Of a stretch of DNA of 21,977 nucleotides, positions 17,539 to 21,977 are shown one piece after another (the stretch's first letter is position 1; each line of letters begins with the position of its first letter). Origin of the DNA: a virus. Both the position numbers and the translations under genes were made by a program. The stretch lies in the UHGV virus genome UHGV-0256468, one strand, 5' to 3'. The notes under the pieces are model-generated. The model did not search any database. It was not told where the DNA came from and saw nothing but the letters and a program-made list of their open reading frames with translations.

Positions 17539-19824
17539 TCAAATGGGTAACGAGAACCCCGGCCACTCATCAGCGACCGGATATCTGAATTTTTTCCCGT
17601 CATAATTTACGGTTGCCCCACGCGCCAGCGCCTCAATCTCCCATCGCTGCGGCCTGATACCGTTCTGAGCAAGGTCAACGCGGATACGGGTAATTTGCGT
17701 TCGTTCCGACCGGGTCAGTCTGGCCGATGGCGCTATTTCATGTGGTTTTAACAGGCTTCCGTTTCTCTGCTGACGATTTGGTGTTCTCAGTCCGTGTTTT
17801 AATGCACCTCTGAGCGCCCTCACGACCTCTGGCTCATTCCATTCGATAACACCGTCATCAACCAGATTAAGCACGGCTGTGGCATGTTCAGAAGGTGTGG
17901 GAGCCGGTAACGAAGTATCACCACCGGTGAGCTTTCCACAGTTATTGACAGGACTCCGAGGCGCGGCGATGCCGCTTTTTAAAGTCAAAGGCTCAACGAC
18001 CGGCACTTTCGGAACAATGCGCCAGTCCGTCGTTCTGGTGATATGAATATGACGCGCGCCGAGATGCGGCGCGTAAATGCCGACCACTCTCTCGACTTCT
18101 TCCTCGTACTCGTTAACTTCATCCGACGGACTACGGGCAACCCTGACAGTCTGACAATCGCGCGGAACATTTGCCCCACCCTGCGCGCTGATATACAACG
18201 CAAAATCACCACTGTCTGCGGCAGCGCGTGCAGCCTCGACGCGTTCGTCAAACTCATCAGCAATGCTGACGCCGCGAGGCAATTTGCGTAGTTCACGGTA
18301 AGCCCCCATTGTCGGCAGGCCAACCGTTTTAAATTGCGGAATGCGCCACGTTGACGCCCATGCGGTAACAGCCGCGGCAGTGTCTTTCAGCGGCCTGCCG
18401 GTATCGTTATCGAGCTGACCATCCAGTGCATAGCCATCGATGTTTTTTGAGATGTATTTCGCGATATATCCCGCAGCACCGCCCCGGTTAAGGTGTTTTG
18501 CCTGAAAACGGTTTCGCGCGGCTCCTCTTTCGTCACCATCCTCTTTGAGCGCATAGCGACGCATGATTTCGATAATCTGGTTACGCTGGCGTGGATTACA
18601 AAAAAGCATCATATGCCAGTGCGGCGTTCCGTCGTGGTGTGGCTCGACGACTCGCAAACCGTAGACCTGTAAATCATTATCCTTGAATGCCGTGCGCATC
18701 AGGCTCCAGATGCGGCAGAGATAACGCTGCGCATCCTTTGGATTAAATGCCTCATCATTCCAGCCGTGATTTAGCTGGACGGTTTTACTTTCGCCTTTTC
18801 CGACCTGACGTGTCGGGTGATACTTTGACGGCGCGGTCAGAGTGATAAACATCCCCACATCACCCTCTGCGGCGGCGTAACGCTCAATACCGGCGATGGT
18901 GTTCATCAGCTCCATCCGGCGAATTTCAGGATTAGAAATACTGCCCATCACCTTACTGATAAGGTCGATGCGCTCGCCGGTTTCCCTGTTTTCGAGGTCA
19001 CACGATTTAAGAAATTCCAGATTTGCCTGGCGGCGTGCACGCACATCACGAATGGCATGTTTACTGGCATAAGGAGAACGGTCTTTATTGACCTCCCCGA
19101 CAGCAATCAGTAACGCCTCATGCCAGCGCATACGCTGGCCTTTAAGCTGATGAGTCCACCACTCATCGTTAAACAGACGGGCAATGGCAGAATATGCCTG
19201 CCTCGTGGTCATCTGTCCTTTACGGTATTTTTTCCAGTAGAGAGGGGAAATATTGAAAGCACGTGCAGCGCCAGCAACATGACCATACAGATGCGCCTGC
19301 GCCTCATCTGTAAACAGCGATTCTTTCTCGCCATGTGCATCAACCCATGCATCGCAGAGTTCCTCATACATCATGAAAAGCTGCGATGAGATACGGGCGG
19401 CAAACTTTTTCAGCTCCTTGTCATTCATCCCCGGCAGACGCGCATAATGGTCACGCTCTGCCAGAAACAGCAACGACGCGTCGGTGTTCATTTCATGGCG
19501 CTGATTCACGCGCTCAATACGCGGCCATAAACGGCGCTGAAAAGTGGATGTGAGGAAATAAAACCCGTGCACCGGGCTTTTATTGCGCCGGATGTAGTCA
19601 TAGCGTGAAGTAAACAGCGAGCGCAAAAAGTAAGGCAGGCGATTAATCGTGGATAAAACACCTTGCACCTGACGCATCTCGTCACGTGTAAGGGGTCTTT
19701 CGCGCCCGACGGCCTCGCGTGGCGCGTTCCATGCATAAGCACCGGTAAACGTCTCACCGGTGCCTGCGGCAAATGCTGACGGAGGGACAAAACGCCCGGA
19801 GGCTTTAACGGCCATATGAGCCAA
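17539..19824 (-). CDS. A: Rolling-circle replication initiator (P2 gpA-like)
   Basis: 761-aa ORF, same length as P2 A. It has an HUH-type motif (PHWHMMLF) and a tyrosine pair (GYIAKYISK) typical of rolling-circle initiators. Confidence 0.9.
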   Translation of the reverse strand: MAHMAVKASGRFVPPSAFAAGTGETFTGAYAWNAPREAVGRERPLTRDEMRQVQGVLSTINRLPYFLRSLFTSRYDYIRRNKSPVHGFYFLTSTFQRRLWPRIERVNQRHEMNTDASLLFLAERDHYARLPGMNDKELKKFAARISSQLFMMYEELCDAWVDAHGEKESLFTDEAQAHLYGHVAGAARAFNISPLYWKKYRKGQMTTRQAYSAIARLFNDEWWTHQLKGQRMRWHEALLIAVGEVNKDRSPYASKHAIRDVRARRQANLEFLKSCDLENRETGERIDLISKVMGSISNPEIRRMELMNTIAGIERYAAAEGDVGMFITLTAPSKYHPTRQVGKGESKTVQLNHGWNDEAFNPKDAQRYLCRIWSLMRTAFKDNDLQVYGLRVVEPHHDGTPHWHMMLFCNPRQRNQIIEIMRRYALKEDGDERGAARNRFQAKHLNRGGAAGYIAKYISKNIDGYALDGQLDNDTGRPLKDTAAAVTAWASTWRIPQFKTVGLPTMGAYRELRKLPRGVSIADEFDERVEAARAAADSGDFALYISAQGGANVPRDCQTVRVARSPSDEVNEYEEEVERVVGIYAPHLGARHIHITRTTDWRIVPKVPVVEPLTLKSGIAAPRSPVNNCGKLTGGDTSLPAPTPSEHATAVLNLVDDGVIEWNEPEVVRALRGALKHGLRTPNRQQRNGSLLKPHEIAPSARLTRSERTQITRIRVDLAQNGIRPQRWEIEALARGATVNYDGKKFRYPVADEWPGFSLPI

Positions 19825-20080
19825 AAGCCTCTGAACAACGCTTGCTGAGTTGCTTAACCTGCGCGTTTAAATCAGCAAAAGACTTTGCGCTTCCGGTCAG
19901 AATATCGTGATGCATCAGGCCGGAAACAAGCTGGCTTAATTTCGGGTAATAACCAACCACCGCCAGCCATTCCTGACCGGCGTTTTTACCGCTTTCAGCT
20001 CTCTTTTTCTCGTGGAGAATAAACTGAAAGCTGTCACTGGTAACGACATAACGTTCGCCAATTTCAATACGAATACTCAT
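19805..20080 (-). CDS. Hypothetical early protein (P2 orf83 position)
   Basis: 91-aa ORF translationally coupled to the neighbouring genes in the early operon. The exact start is uncertain. Confidence 0.55.
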   Translation of the reverse strand: MSIRIEIGERYVVTSDSFQFILHEKKRAESGKNAGQEWLAVVGYYPKLSQLVSGLMHHDILTGSAKSFADLNAQVKQLSKRCSEAFGSYGR

Positions 20081-20301
20081 GCCGTTCTCCGGTAATGTTT
20101 GTTTTTTGCTTCAAAGACTGACTGGCAGGAAACACAACGCGTGGCTGACGGATAAGCCGCACGACGGGCAGCAGGTATTGGCGCGTCACACTCTTCGCAA
20201 ACCAGCGCAGAAACACTGCAATGCTTTACCCTTGCCGCGTTAATCTGGCGCTCCAGTAATTCAGCCTGTTGTTCCTGAATAAAATCTACGTTGTCCGGCA
20301 T
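20077..20301 (-). CDS. C4 zinc-finger protein, TraR/DksA-like (P2 orf82 position)
   Basis: 74-aa ORF with CxxC-N17-CxxC (CEECDAPIPAARRAAYPSATRCVSC). It overlaps its neighbours by 1 and 4 nt. Confidence 0.7.
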   Translation of the reverse strand: MPDNVDFIQEQQAELLERQINAARVKHCSVSALVCEECDAPIPAARRAAYPSATRCVSCQSVFEAKNKHYRRTA

Positions 20302-20606
20302 TACCAGCTCCTTTTGTTGTTAAGTTTTTTAAATTCATCAGCGCAATAGCTGGCAATTTCTGTCGTTAATTTCGTCAGTTCATCCACGGAGGAGATTTGC
20401 TTGTGAAATACAGCGCGTTTAACAAGTAAATTGACCACATCAGACAGGAGATTTAATTCGTTCTGATAAATCGCGATAACAGACTCAGTTATTTCGCGTT
20501 TTTCTTTATCAAGACCAAGTTGAATAAGAGATAAATCGCCATTTTTCATAACGGCGATTTTTAAGGCGTTATTCAGTAATACAACTGAACGAGAACAGGA
20601 CATCAA
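20301..20606 (-). CDS. Hypothetical early protein, AT-rich
   Basis: 101-aa ORF whose start overlaps the upstream stop (ATGA). Its base composition is more AT-rich than the flanking genes. Confidence 0.55.
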   Translation of the reverse strand: MMSCSRSVVLLNNALKIAVMKNGDLSLIQLGLDKEKREITESVIAIYQNELNLLSDVVNLLVKRAVFHKQISSVDELTKLTTEIASYCADEFKKLNNKRSW

Positions 20607-20860
20607 AGCACCTCCCCGCGAGACAATCCGATATTGTGAAATTTTTCCGACTCCTGACTGAGCAGCTCGACTATCTCCACGCGGGATAACTCCGCCTTTG
20701 TGATGTGGCGAATCATGGCGTCAAGATGAGAAGAAAAGCGCGTCGCTGCGTCGGCCTGTGCTTCGGTTCTGGCCTGTTGCAGCAGTAATGCGTATTTACC
20801 GCACTGATTTTCAGAAACTGTATGCATGACTTTCTCCAGGCAAAAAGAAGCCCCGCACAA
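20603..20860 (-). CDS. Hypothetical early protein (P2 orf80 position)
   Basis: 85-aa ORF; the likely start is the internal MHTVSENQ methionine. It lies between B and the next small ORF. Confidence 0.5.
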   Translation of the reverse strand: MCGASFCLEKVMHTVSENQCGKYALLLQQARTEAQADAATRFSSHLDAMIRHITKAELSRVEIVELLSQESEKFHNIGLSRGEVL

Positions 20861-20890
20861 TTAAGTGCGTTAAAAACTCTGGTTAATTAC

Positions 20891-21391
20891 TTAATGCAGA
20901 TATTGCTCTGGTTTTACCGACGTCAGAATTGTCGGTGCATACTCAAACAGGCTGAATAATTCACGTAATGCACGGAATAAAGCATCACGCCAGTAACATG
21001 ATTCTTCATTAATTCGCCAGTATGGCTGGTTGAATTCTTTTTCAGTCAATCCGGCATGCATAAATAAAGTACGACGCTGACTGACTGTTAAAAAACTAAT
21101 ATATGCATACTCACTTGCGCCAACCTGACGGCGTTTTGAGAATGCCCCACGCAATTCATCAATTGCACATACCAGTCGTTCACGTTCGACATCATTCATT
21201 TCTTCAAAATGCATCGTTGCGTGACGCTGTTTTAACTGCGCATGGAAGCAAACCGTTAGCCGTTCGCGTTCCATCATCTGATTATAATAATCGCATGTCT
21301 CCTGCCAGCGAGGGACGGCAAGATGCTTACCAATTATCCGGCGCATAGCTGCTGGCTGTTTTTCGACGAGATTAAGCGTCATCACTGTCAT
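20891..21391 (-). CDS. B: Replication protein B (P2 gpB-like, helicase-loader function)
   Basis: 166-aa ORF, same length as P2 B, upstream of the small ORFs and A in the early operon. Confidence 0.85.
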   Translation of the reverse strand: MTVMTLNLVEKQPAAMRRIIGKHLAVPRWQETCDYYNQMMERERLTVCFHAQLKQRHATMHFEEMNDVERERLVCAIDELRGAFSKRRQVGASEYAYISFLTVSQRRTLFMHAGLTEKEFNQPYWRINEESCYWRDALFRALRELFSLFEYAPTILTSVKPEQYLH

Positions 21392-21648
21392 TTCCAGACC
21401 CTCCGGCTTTTCAGAAAGGTCAGAGCCTTTTTTAACGGACTCTGTTTTTTGGTACGGATAATGATTCCCTTGCGCCCCTTCCCGTGGGTGATGGTGAAGT
21501 CAATCGCCCTGGGGCTTTCGTTACGCAATAACTGAGCAATACAACGAGGCTCGTTCATCCTTTCCACCTTAAGCCGCACGGCCATGTCTTGATTTGCTGT
21601 AACTAATGCGATTTTTCCAGTCATGCCATTCTGTCGGAGCTTCATCAA
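21388..21648 (-). CDS. Hypothetical small early protein between cox and B (P2 orf78 position); start uncertain
   Basis: The ORF is open to 21648, but its 5' part overlaps cox. Internal starts (for example MNEPRC, near 21558) are more plausible. Confidence 0.4.
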   Translation of the reverse strand: MMKLRQNGMTGKIALVTANQDMAVRLKVERMNEPRCIAQLLRNESPRAIDFTITHGKGRKGIIIRTKKQSPLKKALTFLKSRRVWK

Positions 21649-21823
21649 CTAGCTGGGCTGCGTACTTGTCCCACTCACGACGATTAATCCATAACTCAGC
21701 ATGACCGCCCGGCTTTAATGGGTCCGTCATATAAAAGGCTGGTAACTTGCCTGCTTTCGCCATTTCAGCAACAGCACGAGGCGTCTTACCGATGTAAAGA
21801 GCAAAACCTTCTTTCGAGAGCAA
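21569..21823 (-). CDS. cox: Cox-like excisionase / early repressor
   Basis: 84-aa ORF whose FALYIGKTPRAVAEMAKAGKLPAFYMTDP segment resembles the P2 Cox helix-turn-helix region (FAKLIGKSTGAVRRMIDKGKLPVIDMTDP, as I recall it). The track start is a TTG; the true start is uncertain. Confidence 0.65.
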   Translation of the reverse strand: MLSKEGFALYIGKTPRAVAEMAKAGKLPAFYMTDPLKPGGHAELWINRREWDKYAAQLVDEAPTEWHDWKNRISYSKSRHGRAA

Positions 21824-21948
21824 ATCCGACGGTGCGAGGTGTTGTAGTTAATTCCAGTTAATTCAGCAACTTGCTTCCTTGTCATTCTTTCTGATTCCCG
21901 AATAAGTGCGAGTTTCTCTGCTTGAGATGTGATTTGTGTATTTGACAT
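21727..21948 (-). CDS. Possible small helix-turn-helix protein, overlapping the cox start out of frame; may be spurious or a frameshifted remnant
   Basis: ATG-initiated 73-aa ORF whose N-terminus (RMTRKQVAELTGINYNT) looks like a helix-turn-helix motif. It runs about 100 nt into cox in another frame. Confidence 0.3.
   Translation of the reverse strand: MSNTQITSQAEKLALIRESERMTRKQVAELTGINYNTSHRRICSRKKVLLFTSVRRLVLLLKWRKQASYQPFI
21846..21865. promoter_or_regulatory. Tandem 10-bp direct repeat (AGTTAATTCC AGTTAATTCA), flanked by GTTG...CAAC; candidate repressor operator / early promoter element
   Basis: Read directly from the sequence, about 25-45 nt upstream of the cox start. P2-type C repressors bind direct repeats spaced one helical turn apart. 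Confidence 0.35.
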
Positions 21949-21977
21949 GAATTGTCGTATCTCGTAATTTATGTTGT

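Noticed and set aside
1-21977. tRNA genes, CRISPR arrays, integrase and att sites
   Set aside because: No cloverleaf-like or repeat-spacer structure was noticed. The integrase and attachment sites of a P2-type prophage would lie beyond the cox/C end, outside this window.

Overview
This window is a near-complete stretch of a P2-like (Peduovirus) temperate phage or prophage, read in reverse orientation relative to the conventional P2 map. I ran no searches; gene calls rest on recalled P2 gene order and protein lengths, which match almost one-for-one. In order: the 3' end of a reverse-transcriptase gene in the variable locus beside the tail-fibre genes (P2 Z/fun position); the late genes G, H, I, J, W, V, S, R, the lysis cassette (lysC/lysB/lysA, K, Y), X, L, M, N, O on the minus strand; the divergent late-promoter region; P and Q on the plus strand; an AT-rich ~1.3 kb insertion between Q and the cos site carrying one 333-aa gene with three predicted C-terminal transmembrane helices; the cos site; a short region with a 37-codon hydrophobic ORF and a strong terminator; then the early operon (A, four small ORFs, B, a small ORF, cox) and the edge of the immunity switch. 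The most interesting object is the unrecognised 333-aa membrane protein in the cos-proximal variable locus, a candidate single-gene anti-phage (abortive-infection-like) system. The truncated reverse transcriptase at the other variable locus is the second candidate defence cargo. No tRNA, rRNA, CRISPR array, integrase or att site is visible in the window.
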